Assembly (NCBI GenBank): GCA_964602665.1
Contig: CAZRRH010000004.1
Span: 16,169 to 80,168, forward strand
Reading direction: 5' to 3'
Origin: an uncultured Candidatus Saccharibacteria bacterium
Lineage (GTDB): Bacteria; Patescibacteriota; Dojkabacteria; SC72; WJKH01
DNA: 64,000 nucleotides
Position numbers and translations under genes: made by a program. How positions within the stretch are numbered: position 1 is the first letter of the stretch; the number at the start of each line of letters is the position of its first letter. The notes beneath the pieces were generated by a model that was not told the DNA's origin, did no database searches, and saw nothing but the letters and a program-made list of their open reading frames with translations. Below, one piece after another: positions 20,905 through 30,681 of the stretch.

Positions 20905-22251
20905 ATGCAAAAATTTACATTAAGAAGTGCAAAAATAGCTTCAGATTTATTTAATCCTGTACTCATTGCATTCTTTGGGGATATTATCTATATATTTGTT
21001 GGATTAGAAGCAAAGACAGTATCTCAAATAACCCGCTTAAGTATCTTCCCAATTTTGCATGCACTTTTACCATCTTTTATCCTTCTTCTGCTTATAAAAA
21101 TCGGTAAAATTTCAGATTATGAAATAACAAAAAAGAATGAAAGAACAGGCTTTTTCACTGCACTTTTAATATGTTTTGCCATTGCAACTGTGCTATCAAC
21201 AATCCAGACAGAATATTTTGTCTTAAATCTAGCAACTACAGTCACACTAGCACTCATAATCCTTATAAACACTAAGTGGAAAATTAGTGTACATACAGCT
21301 TTTGACACACTAATTTTTGGGTCATTGGCAGTGTTTGTTGACTGGCGTTTCATTTTCCTCCTTTTATTGCTCCCTTTAATTGCATGGAGTAGAGTAGTGC
21401 TCAAAAAGCACTCAGTAAAACAAACCATAGGAGGAATTTTACTTGCCTCATCAATACTTACAACTCTTGTAATCGCAAGCACATATTTATCAAATATCTC
21501 ATTTTTCAAAAAGTATTTTAATGCAATAAAAAACCGTACGAACTCAATCATATTTGAAAGAATAGAAATTGCTCCAGATCCATTAGAAACATCTCCCTCT
21601 GTTTATATTGCCCCAGTAACATCGCAAACGGACATTGAAATTAATATTCATGCAAAACCTACTCCTATATCACAAGCAAAATCAGAAGCATCAGGAACAT
21701 CTTGGTGGTCATATCCACAAGAAATTTTACCCGTACAAGGCGATCCTAACAGTTTAACTGTTATAGTGAATAAAAAATACAAACTCCCAGATACTTATGC
21801 CCCACCTGATCTTGTCAATCTCGGGTCAACAGGACTAAGATACGGGGATCAAAAGACTGGAAGAGCCGTTATGCTTGAAGACCTTACAGCAATGGCAAAA
21901 GCAGCAAGTGATACAGGCATAGATTTAGGAATCAAATCATCATATCGGTCTTATGCCCAGCAAGTCACGACATACAATTACTGGGTGTCAAAAGAGGGTG
22001 GAGATTATAACAAAGCCGATAAATATTCAGCAAGACCAGGACATAGTGAGCACCAGCTAGGCACCGCAATAGACTTCACAACTAGCGAATGTGGTGATTG
22101 TATTGGTTCAGGATTTACAGGTACAAAAGCTCAAAAATGGCTAGCGCAAAATGCTCAGACCTATGGATTTTACTTATCATATCCGTCGGGACAAGAGAGC
22201 ACAACAGGATATTCATACGAAAGTTGGCACTACAGATACAAAGGAAGATAA
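20905..22251 (+). CDS. PAP2-like membrane domain fused to an M15B (VanY-like) D,D-carboxypeptidase
   Basis: KISVH...WSRVVLKKHS (PAP2 C2/C3-like); SYRSY..Q, SEHQLGTAID and ESWH (M15B). Confidence 0.8.
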   Translation: MQKFTLRSAKIASDLFNPVLIAFFGDIIYIFVGLEAKTVSQITRLSIFPILHALLPSFILLLLIKIGKISDYEITKKNERTGFFTALLICFAIATVLSTIQTEYFVLNLATTVTLALIILINTKWKISVHTAFDTLIFGSLAVFVDWRFIFLLLLLPLIAWSRVVLKKHSVKQTIGGILLASSILTTLVIASTYLSNISFFKKYFNAIKNRTNSIIFERIEIAPDPLETSPSVYIAPVTSQTDIEINIHAKPTPISQAKSEASGTSWWSYPQEILPVQGDPNSLTVIVNKKYKLPDTYAPPDLVNLGSTGLRYGDQKTGRAVMLEDLTAMAKAASDTGIDLGIKSSYRSYAQQVTTYNYWVSKEGGDYNKADKYSARPGHSEHQLGTAIDFTTSECGDCIGSGFTGTKAQKWLAQNAQTYGFYLSYPSGQESTTGYSYESWHYRYKGR

Positions 22252-22254
22252 AAA

Positions 22255-23025
22255 TTAGCTTATCAGTAAAGATTTTTCACCAAATCTGCCTGCATATACT
22301 CCCATTTTCAATTCGTTTTTAAAATAGCTATTTGATATCATGCTATCAGTAAAATTCTCAACAGAAATTGGAGTCTGATTACTCCTAACAAGAAGATAAA
22401 AAACATCTGTTATAAGGCCTGTTATAATTGCTCCAGACACAATCAATGACCTAACATCCTGGGCCGACCAGTAACCATAACCACTATTTCCGACATAATC
22501 ACCCGCCAATTTATTACCCGTATCAAAAGAAGTTTTTTGATAACCTGTATCCAGCCCATGAGGAGGGTGAGTATGCATATTAAAAAGATAAATTGGACTT
22601 TCTAATTTTTTTGGCACTTTTTTGTGATAAACCTCTTTTTCTGAATATGTTTTACCGTCAATCGTAATTTTCCTACTGAAATAATCGTATTTTCCAGATC
22701 GCAATATTGGTTCATAAGTCACAACTATCTCGTTTTTACTCTGAACACTACTAGTACCACCTCTGACCACCTCAGTAAGAACAAGCTCTCCATCCACCCA
22801 AAACACAGAAATTGCTCTTTCGTGCCCATCAGATTTAGTAGATTTGTATAAATTGATAACTTTCTTCCAAAAATAGTCTGGAAAAGAAAATGCCTGTGGG
22901 AGCTCACTTAATGACGGATAAACTCCATTTGTGCGCCACTTGGTCATTTTTTTCTGCCAAGAGTTAAAAGATTCAGTCCTCAAACTGTTTTTATTTCTAA
23001 AAAGCTCTGATAAAAATTTTATCAT
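22255..23025 (-). CDS. JAB/MPN-like metalloprotein
   Basis: GHERA...MHTHP...WSAQD matches the JAMM pattern E...HxH...SxxD, with an enlarged spacer. Confidence 0.5.
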   Translation of the reverse strand: MIKFLSELFRNKNSLRTESFNSWQKKMTKWRTNGVYPSLSELPQAFSFPDYFWKKVINLYKSTKSDGHERAISVFWVDGELVLTEVVRGGTSSVQSKNEIVVTYEPILRSGKYDYFSRKITIDGKTYSEKEVYHKKVPKKLESPIYLFNMHTHPPHGLDTGYQKTSFDTGNKLAGDYVGNSGYGYWSAQDVRSLIVSGAIITGLITDVFYLLVRSNQTPISVENFTDSMISNSYFKNELKMGVYAGRFGEKSLLIS

Positions 23026-23113
23026 TTTGCTTGCTTTTAGCTTAAATTTAATTTATTATATAGCAGTGTAAAAAGTATTGCAATCTTATACTTATTTGTG
23101 GTATAATTATAGT

Positions 23114-23554
23114 ATGGACGATCAAAAAACAGACTTATCAGCAAAACTCGATAAGCAGCTGGAAACTTTCGGAGCATTTCTTCTCAAACTCGACCTCACA
23201 TTAGAACAAACGACTCAAATAAATGCATTAATGGCAGAAACCGTCGTCGCACACACAATGATAGAAATTAGCAAATTAATGACTGAAGAAGATCAGAAAA
23301 GATGGGATAAATTCATGAGCACAAATCCAACAGATGCACAACAGCTTGTTATTTTAGACGAATTTTGCAAGCGGAAAACAGGGAAGGGTATTGGTCATAT
23401 CCAAGCTAAATTGATGATAAGTTTGACAAATTCTTTTATGGAATATTTTAAAAATTTTGATAAGAATTTAGAGGCTATAAAAGAATTAAGCGACGAACAA
23501 ATTAAGGAGATTTTGAACAAATTAGCGTCAAACGATAACGAAAGCTTATTTTAA
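23114..23554 (+). CDS. Hypothetical helical protein
   Basis: ATG at 23114 lies 6 nt after TTGCAA-N18-TATAAT. Confidence 0.65.
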   Translation: MDDQKTDLSAKLDKQLETFGAFLLKLDLTLEQTTQINALMAETVVAHTMIEISKLMTEEDQKRWDKFMSTNPTDAQQLVILDEFCKRKTGKGIGHIQAKLMISLTNSFMEYFKNFDKNLEAIKELSDEQIKEILNKLASNDNESLF

Positions 23555-23578
23555 TATAATTTAAACTTTATACCTGAA

Positions 23579-26500
23579 ATGTCAGAGTTTGTTCTTACTA
23601 GTGAAGCGGATATTCATACAAGAGAAGAAAAAAGCCCTCAAACAGCAACAGATATGCCTTCTGAGCCCAGCAAATACGCTCAAACTCAAACAGGTGTAGC
23701 CGGTCCTGATTATGAAGTTACAACAACAGAACCAATAGAGATTAATCCTGAAGTTAATCCAACAGCTTCTGAAGCACAAGCATTTCTTGACGGTGCAACG
23801 ACAGCAACCGAAGAAGAAGAGTTTAAGGAATCAGAACCAAATCCAACTGCAGCAGAGTTATTGCAGCAAGCTAGGACAAATCCAGAACAAGCCGTTCGAG
23901 CACGAGGAATCTTTGCTGTTTGGGACAAATTTGACCAATTAACTGGATCAATAAAAGAAACAACACTAAGAGTTGTCCTAGGTCAAGAAAGAGCAGACGA
24001 TCTAATACAAAAGTATAATCAATTTTCCCAGACTACGACCGGTAAACTACTTGTTATGGCAGGACAACTTGGTGTAAGTGCAGGATTAAGTGCTGTTCTT
24101 GGACCAGCAGCAATGGGTGTTTTTAGTATTCTGGCGATAAGAAGAGTCCAAAAGCAATTAGCAGAGCATAATTTTGCATCAGCTAAAGATATATTTTCCA
24201 GCAAAGAGAGTTTTGTTGCGGCAGCATTGGGATTTGGGCAATCATTTGCTTTACCAGCTTTAACCGGATTATTTCCAGCCGGCAATGTTGTTTCCACCAT
24301 TCTTATAACAGCTGGCTCAACAGCATTAAGCGTCGGAACATCTATGGCTGCGACATACGGTCTGCAAAGGCACACAATGAAAGAGTCTAGAGTTGCTATG
24401 GCTGCGGCAACAAGTCAATCAGAGGAATCACTTACTATTGTCCGTGATAAGTTACGACAAGACCCTGAATTATATACAGATGGCCAATTTAATACAGATA
24501 CTGCACTTGCCAGATTAAGAGGCATGGATCGAGAAGAAGTAGAACCTCTAGTAAGACTTTTATTGGCAACTGGCTTGAGTAATAAACAATTAAATTCTGC
24601 ATTAGAGGATTTTTTTTCCAAGGATTTTCAAGGAAAGTACCCACCACAAATAACTCGAACAGTACAAACAGCACTAGAGCTATTAGAAGTCAGAAATGTA
24701 AATGAAGAAAATTTCAACGCTTTAGAGCAAGCATATAAACTAGCACAAAGCGGAGCCGCAAGACTTATAAGAGCTCAAACAGCTATGATGTTAGGAACCA
24801 CATTAGGAAGTGTAACTAAATCTGTAGTTAGCGTAACAAAAGCATATGCTGCCCCACAAGCAAATCATGAAGCCACAGACCGCGCACAAGAAACAGGACC
24901 AAGAAGAGAGCAACTCAATCCGACAAGCCAAACAGACTTAAGTGAATTAGAAACGAGTATAAGAAAAGCAACGGGAGATAATAATGCTAAAATAATCGGA
25001 ATAGAGTATTCAACAGATGGAAAACCTTCTGTACTTGTTGATTTCAATCCTGAAGATAGAGCTAACCAGGCCGACTTAGCATATGATCTTGAAAGCGGTT
25101 CTTTTAGTAAAGCAGTGTCTGAATATGGAGCAGCTCTACTTTTAGCACAAGCTAACTACACTGATTCTAAAATTTCTTTTGATTCAGACAATGTCGTTTT
25201 ATTAGATCCGGAAAACGATGTAAGTGTAATAGCGTATAACTATACTAATGAGTCAGCAACAACTCAAGGAATTATTGGAGCAACAATCCTAGCCCCAGAC
25301 GCCAATGGCAAGCCTGCAATCCATGCTATGACCACAGATGATCTTTGGAATAAACTAGGCATAAGCCTAACAGGAACGGTTCAGACAGATGGAAGTTTAT
25401 CAGTATCAATTGAAACTACTACTGTAGCGTCAACACAATCCACAACTCAAGGACCTTTAGGTGATGGCATAACTTTTTGGACACCAGAAGGTGAATCCGC
25501 TCCAAACACAACAACCTTAACACAAAACCAACAGTGGTTAAATCTAAATATTGGCCACTTTGCTGAGGCAGCAAAAGGAAATCCGGATCTTCTACCAATT
25601 CTACAAATATTGAGATCATATGATAAAGATGGTGATGGAATAGCAGAGCTTCTGCTTAGAGGAGGAGAAGGGCGCGAATGGGGCGATGTTAACAGGAATC
25701 TGCTTCAAACACTAATTAATCGAGGATATAGAGGTGATGATCTTGTTATTGCTTTTGTTAGTTCGCTTGAAAAAGCAAGAAAGATGCCCGGAATACTTCA
25801 GAGTACAGGAAATGCTACCTCTTTTAACACATTTATTAGTAATGCTACATCAGATTTCAGCGGATCAGCATCTAGCTCAGTAACCGCTCAAGCCCAAGCA
25901 GTAACCTCATCTGCGTTAGTTCAAAGGTTAATTGAACATAATTCTAGTAGTACTTCGGGTAAGATCGCACCTTCTTTTGTCCTAGAAAATATTCCAGAGC
26001 TTGCCATTACAGAAATAGATTCAGGACAAGTGACATCTGCTACTGATGCAAATACAAATAATAATGGCCCATGGCGACTAATGGCAGGAAAAGAAGACTT
26101 GACTCAAAGAGTTTTAAGAACCTATGAGCCCGACGGCGAAAGGCCTTTCGCAGTATTATCACCAAAAGATGCTGCAATTTCTTCGACTCCGATTATTATA
26201 GCACATGGTTCTTACGAGGACGCTGTCTATATGCCAACCTTAGCGGCTGGAAATTACGAGATGCCAGAAAATGTTGCTAGAGAACTTAGAATCGGAGCTG
26301 GTACATTGCAAATACCCCAAAATGGAGGCAGTACAGTTACTTTTGCCAATATACCTCCAGCAGCGGCACCTGCGCCCGCAACTCCAGAGAGTCGTAGTAA
26401 AGAAGATATCGCTAGAGCTTTAGTCTATATGGGTGGTGCAGGAGTATTTTTAACAGGATTACCTGCACTTGGATTACTTATTAGGAGCAAGATTCTTCGA

Positions 26501-28804
26501 AACAAAGAAACTGCCCAAGAACAAACAAGACAAAGCTATCCTGAAGTAATACAAAAATTCATTGATCCAAGACTGTCAATTGACAAAAAGCCTCTTCCTA
26601 ATGAAGTAAAAGAAGAATTGGCAAAAATGACAGCAGAACAGCTTAAGAAATTTGCACAACAAAACGGGTTAGAATATCCAGAAGCAGAGACTGCTACTGA
26701 GAAAATCGCAGAAATTTTAACAATAGCATTAATCGAAAAATTAGGAACACTTGAAGCTGCAAACAGAAACTTAACAGAAACAAGAGAAAGACTTTATGAA
26801 TCGCATAAAAAATACATCGAAAAATTAGAAGAACAAGCACAAAAAAGAGGCACCGCAGGTCAACTTGTCAATCTCAACCCAAATGCACACAAAATCACAA
26901 TAAGCGATATACATGGCGACATTCATAAAGCACAGTTATCAATTGCAACAGCAATAAGTAAGTTGATTGAAGGCGGGTTTATTGAAGATAATCAACTTGG
27001 TAGCTTTGATCGAACATTAGATCCAGCTAATCCCGAAAACCTTGACGCTTATATGGAGTTAGCAACCAAATTAAGAAAAGTAGATCGGATAGAATTAATA
27101 TTTGAAGGTGATCTTGTACACACGGAAACCGCAGAAGCAAAAAAACGATATCATGATCTTTGGGACGTCTATACAGAAAGAGATACAAAAACATTGACGC
27201 AAGCGACAATGCAAATACAAAGAGAAATTGCTCTTTCAGAAACCGTTTTTAGTTTTCTAGCTAATTTATTTCAAGAAAGCGACAAGGGTATTTATGTACT
27301 TCTTGGAAATCACGACTTGATGGAAGCAGAAATCGGGAAATCTGCTCCCAATGGCTTTGATGCTAACTTATATAATGTATTTGGATTAGCAATAAATCCA
27401 TCAGATTTTAATAAATTACCTCAGTTAGAACAAGCTCTTAGAATAAGAGGAAATGGTAACTCAATAAATTTAGATAAATTTCTTGAACTTGATATAAGAC
27501 AAAGAGCTAGCTCACCATTGTTGTGCACTGGAGAAGCAAAACAGTTTGATTCTTCCGCGCAGGTCGTTGATATTGTAGTTACTCACGATATGCCAAAATC
27601 TAATGTAGTCGCCTTAGCTTTACAAAAAATATTATCAGGACAAAAATTAGGATTTAATGAATTAAGTGATTTTGTCATGAACAGGGAAGGATCCAATTAC
27701 GATTCTGGTGAAATTCCAGAGTTCCCTGCGACCACAGATACTTTAAGAGCAGCGTTAAATCTTGATCCAAGCCGAAAATTAGATATTGTCGTAGGTCACA
27801 CTTCTCGCCCTGATAGCATTAAAATACCAGGAAGAAATGCTGAAATTTACCGAACAGATTTTCAAAGTCTACCAACTGCATATAAGATTTACACAAGCTC
27901 TACTTTTAGAGTCACAGGTTCAAGTAGTACAACAGCACATCCCACTACAGCATCTACAACAACACAGTCAACAAACGCTGCAACAGCAACAACAAGGGGT
28001 ACGGCAACAGTACGCAATAGATGGGAGGGAACAAATCTTGCAGAGGCCTTACCAGAAGCATCTGCTACTCGAGCAGCTTTCCTAGAAAATTACGATTTTA
28101 AAAGAACCGCTTTTCCAACTCAAGCTGCATTTATTAATGCTAGAACTGAATTAGAGAAGGAAATTAAAGAAAATTATCCCGACAGACTTGATCCAAGAAG
28201 AATCGATTTCACAAGACCCGATATGGTCCAAGGATGGTTAATTGAAAGAGTTTCAGAATCAGAAGCAAAAGAAGAAGAGCATTATCAATCAACACCAACC
28301 ATTACCGCACTGCTATCTTGGCTTAATACAAGAAGGTTAAGTGACGATTGCACAAAAGAGGAAAGAAGAGCCCTTATGGCAATAATGTCAAGAATTCATA
28401 ATATTGAAGGAGCGCTTGATGCCCTTCCATTAGCTGCTTCCTTATATGACTCACTTGATAACGGTCTCATAGCGAACAATATCAGAAGAGCTTATCAAAG
28501 ATATCTAGGTGATGATCTAACAATAAATCAAGAACAAGTCAAAAAACACAGAGAAAACCGACGCGCAGCTACGGCTTACTGGAAGTACCTTCTTGATAAG
28601 CTTAGAAGCCAGCAAACTGACGATCCTGTATCAGCTCTAACACAAACAGAACAACTTGATTATGTTATACTTAGTTCTATGGGAATTCCAAGTGAACCAG
28701 CTAAATTGCACCAATGGAAAACGCAAGAGATTTTTCATGACAGAACAAAACGATGGTTTGTTTATCTGACAGATAATAATTTTTTATTCGGAGTTGATAA
28801 ATAG
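23579..28804 (+). CDS. 1741-aa membrane protein with a calcineurin-like metallophosphoesterase domain
   Basis: SDIHGD, EGDLVH, LGNHD, VTHD and VGHT motifs in the expected order; hydrophobic helices near aa 155-260 and 945-970. Confidence 0.75.
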   Translation: MSEFVLTSEADIHTREEKSPQTATDMPSEPSKYAQTQTGVAGPDYEVTTTEPIEINPEVNPTASEAQAFLDGATTATEEEEFKESEPNPTAAELLQQARTNPEQAVRARGIFAVWDKFDQLTGSIKETTLRVVLGQERADDLIQKYNQFSQTTTGKLLVMAGQLGVSAGLSAVLGPAAMGVFSILAIRRVQKQLAEHNFASAKDIFSSKESFVAAALGFGQSFALPALTGLFPAGNVVSTILITAGSTALSVGTSMAATYGLQRHTMKESRVAMAAATSQSEESLTIVRDKLRQDPELYTDGQFNTDTALARLRGMDREEVEPLVRLLLATGLSNKQLNSALEDFFSKDFQGKYPPQITRTVQTALELLEVRNVNEENFNALEQAYKLAQSGAARLIRAQTAMMLGTTLGSVTKSVVSVTKAYAAPQANHEATDRAQETGPRREQLNPTSQTDLSELETSIRKATGDNNAKIIGIEYSTDGKPSVLVDFNPEDRANQADLAYDLESGSFSKAVSEYGAALLLAQANYTDSKISFDSDNVVLLDPENDVSVIAYNYTNESATTQGIIGATILAPDANGKPAIHAMTTDDLWNKLGISLTGTVQTDGSLSVSIETTTVASTQSTTQGPLGDGITFWTPEGESAPNTTTLTQNQQWLNLNIGHFAEAAKGNPDLLPILQILRSYDKDGDGIAELLLRGGEGREWGDVNRNLLQTLINRGYRGDDLVIAFVSSLEKARKMPGILQSTGNATSFNTFISNATSDFSGSASSSVTAQAQAVTSSALVQRLIEHNSSSTSGKIAPSFVLENIPELAITEIDSGQVTSATDANTNNNGPWRLMAGKEDLTQRVLRTYEPDGERPFAVLSPKDAAISSTPIIIAHGSYEDAVYMPTLAAGNYEMPENVARELRIGAGTLQIPQNGGSTVTFANIPPAAAPAPATPESRSKEDIARALVYMGGAGVFLTGLPALGLLIRSKILRNKETAQEQTRQSYPEVIQKFIDPRLSIDKKPLPNEVKEELAKMTAEQLKKFAQQNGLEYPEAETATEKIAEILTIALIEKLGTLEAANRNLTETRERLYESHKKYIEKLEEQAQKRGTAGQLVNLNPNAHKITISDIHGDIHKAQLSIATAISKLIEGGFIEDNQLGSFDRTLDPANPENLDAYMELATKLRKVDRIELIFEGDLVHTETAEAKKRYHDLWDVYTERDTKTLTQATMQIQREIALSETVFSFLANLFQESDKGIYVLLGNHDLMEAEIGKSAPNGFDANLYNVFGLAINPSDFNKLPQLEQALRIRGNGNSINLDKFLELDIRQRASSPLLCTGEAKQFDSSAQVVDIVVTHDMPKSNVVALALQKILSGQKLGFNELSDFVMNREGSNYDSGEIPEFPATTDTLRAALNLDPSRKLDIVVGHTSRPDSIKIPGRNAEIYRTDFQSLPTAYKIYTSSTFRVTGSSSTTAHPTTASTTTQSTNAATATTRGTATVRNRWEGTNLAEALPEASATRAAFLENYDFKRTAFPTQAAFINARTELEKEIKENYPDRLDPRRIDFTRPDMVQGWLIERVSESEAKEEEHYQSTPTITALLSWLNTRRLSDDCTKEERRALMAIMSRIHNIEGALDALPLAASLYDSLDNGLIANNIRRAYQRYLGDDLTINQEQVKKHRENRRAATAYWKYLLDKLRSQQTDDPVSALTQTEQLDYVILSSMGIPSEPAKLHQWKTQEIFHDRTKRWFVYLTDNNFLFGVDK

Positions 28805-28809
28805 ATAGC

Positions 28810-28838
28810 TTGACACATTGTAATTTTTATGATAGAAT
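28810..28838 (+). promoter_or_regulatory. Sigma70 promoter
   Basis: TTGACA-N17-TAGAAT with an extended -10 TG. Confidence 0.7.
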
Positions 28839-28870
28839 TATGTTATTTAAGTTTTTAAATATTTTTTATT

Positions 28871-30604
28871 ATGACAAGTGAATCACAAGGTCAACCATCC
28901 TTAGCCACTTCAACAGGAGCACCAGAAGCCACGGGTCCAATAAGCACTTCTAATTTGCAAGTTACTCCAAGTGTACCTAGAACACCGAGCACACCTCCTT
29001 TTCTTCTTGGTGATGCGGCACTAGAAGCTGTAAGACATGAGGCCGGAAAATCACCAGAAGAAGTTGCTAATGCAATAGCTGCAGATGAGAATTTGACTCC
29101 AGCTGCCCTCGCACCAAAGGATAGAGCTCGCAGAGAACTTGAAAGAACTTTTTCACCTGATTTAGAATTGACCAGAAGATTCACAGAAACAGCAGCAAAA
29201 TGTTTTAGCGAAGTAAATGGAGTTCTGGAAGTAAGCAATAATGCAGGAAGAAGAAAACTTGAAACTTCTAACCAAATAACTGCCTTAGAAGATGAAGCAG
29301 CAAGTCTTACCGAAACAAGAAATAGAGTTTCAGTAAGAAAAACAGGTCTTAATGCGATTTTATTACATTATTCTGGTACGAAATCCCAATTAGAATCTCT
29401 TTTATTGCTACCATCAGAACAGAGATCTGCACTTTCTGGACAACTCAGTATACCGGAAAAATCAATCGAATTGCTTGGATTCTCGACGACAGAAGCTATT
29501 CTTAACTTGGACGATGAAACACTTAGATATTCATTAGAGCTTGTTGAAAATGAAATAAATGGCTTAGGTGATAAAATATCAGCTGCAGATACTGAGATTA
29601 CTGAGCGTGAGGCTCAAATTACTGAAATTACTAATCGAACTGAAATAGAAAAAGGTGTAGCAAGAGCTTATGAAATGCTTGAAGCTCAAACAGCAAGTAC
29701 TTTTGACACAGTAGCAAAAAGAGTTCGCGAAGCAAATGATAAGCAAAAAGCTTTTAGTAATGCAGCTAAAGAGTATTCTAGAGCCGAAGCTGCTATAATA
29801 ACCGAATTTGGTCCAGATGTACTCACAAGTCAAGATGCTTTATACGATGCAATGGAGGCACTTACTGGGAACCCTGCTGGTGTTGCTAGAGTTGCTAAAA
29901 ATCTACGATTACAAATTGACCAAGCAGTGGCTTTCCTTTCAATTGCGACAATTCCAGTTCAAGGATCTTCAGAAGAACCTCCTCTCACACCAGCACAGAT
30001 TGAAGCTGAAGAAGCAAAGATTGCTAATATGAGAGCACGTCTTGCAAATATAGAAGGAATTGAAAACGCTGTTGCAAGACAACCAGAGGATATAATTGGA
30101 CAATTTGGCATAGATAGAGGAACTCTCTCAACTGAACAACAATCAAAACTTGAAGTTTTACTAATAGATTTAGCTACTCGAATGGAAACAAAAATTGCAG
30201 CAAGGGAAGAACTAGAGATAGCAATACAAGATATAGAATTAATTACTAGAAGAACAAAGACATACAATGAAGAAATTAGAGCAGCAATGGAAAATACAAG
30301 GACTGAAATAGAAGCTTTAAGAGTAGAAACAGAACGAGCAGCAGCAGAGGCAGCAGCAGCAGAGGCAGCAGCAGCAACAGCGGAAGAGGAAAGACGTAGA
30401 GTTCAAGCGGTACAAAACGCTCCTGAATATATTGCCCTACAGACTGAAAACGAGAGAAAAATTAGGGAGTTAGTGGAAGAGAATGCTGCGCTTGCAGCAA
30501 GTGCTGGCGAAGGAGCAAAGGCTAAAGTTAAGAGAAGAGTTGGAGGATTCTTAAGATCTATGTGGAATAAGCTTCCTAAAGTAGACATTAAATGGCAGTC
30601 ATAA
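28871..30604 (+). CDS. Long coiled-coil hypothetical protein
   Basis: E/A/R-rich heptads, disordered S/T/P N-terminus, amphipathic basic C-terminus (GGFLRSMWNKL). Confidence 0.7.
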   Translation: MTSESQGQPSLATSTGAPEATGPISTSNLQVTPSVPRTPSTPPFLLGDAALEAVRHEAGKSPEEVANAIAADENLTPAALAPKDRARRELERTFSPDLELTRRFTETAAKCFSEVNGVLEVSNNAGRRKLETSNQITALEDEAASLTETRNRVSVRKTGLNAILLHYSGTKSQLESLLLLPSEQRSALSGQLSIPEKSIELLGFSTTEAILNLDDETLRYSLELVENEINGLGDKISAADTEITEREAQITEITNRTEIEKGVARAYEMLEAQTASTFDTVAKRVREANDKQKAFSNAAKEYSRAEAAIITEFGPDVLTSQDALYDAMEALTGNPAGVARVAKNLRLQIDQAVAFLSIATIPVQGSSEEPPLTPAQIEAEEAKIANMRARLANIEGIENAVARQPEDIIGQFGIDRGTLSTEQQSKLEVLLIDLATRMETKIAAREELEIAIQDIELITRRTKTYNEEIRAAMENTRTEIEALRVETERAAAEAAAAEAAAATAEEERRRVQAVQNAPEYIALQTENERKIRELVEENAALAASAGEGAKAKVKRRVGGFLRSMWNKLPKVDIKWQS

Positions 30605-30621
30605 GCTTATCATTCACGATA

Positions 30622-30651
30622 AAAAAGAGCCAGTGAAAACTGGCTCTTTTT
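30622..30651. terminator. Bidirectional intrinsic terminator
   Basis: AAAAAGAGCCAGT-GAAA-ACTGGCTCTTTTT between convergent genes. Confidence 0.9.
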
Positions 30652-30681
30652 ACAAATTTTAAAATAATTACTCAATCATAC

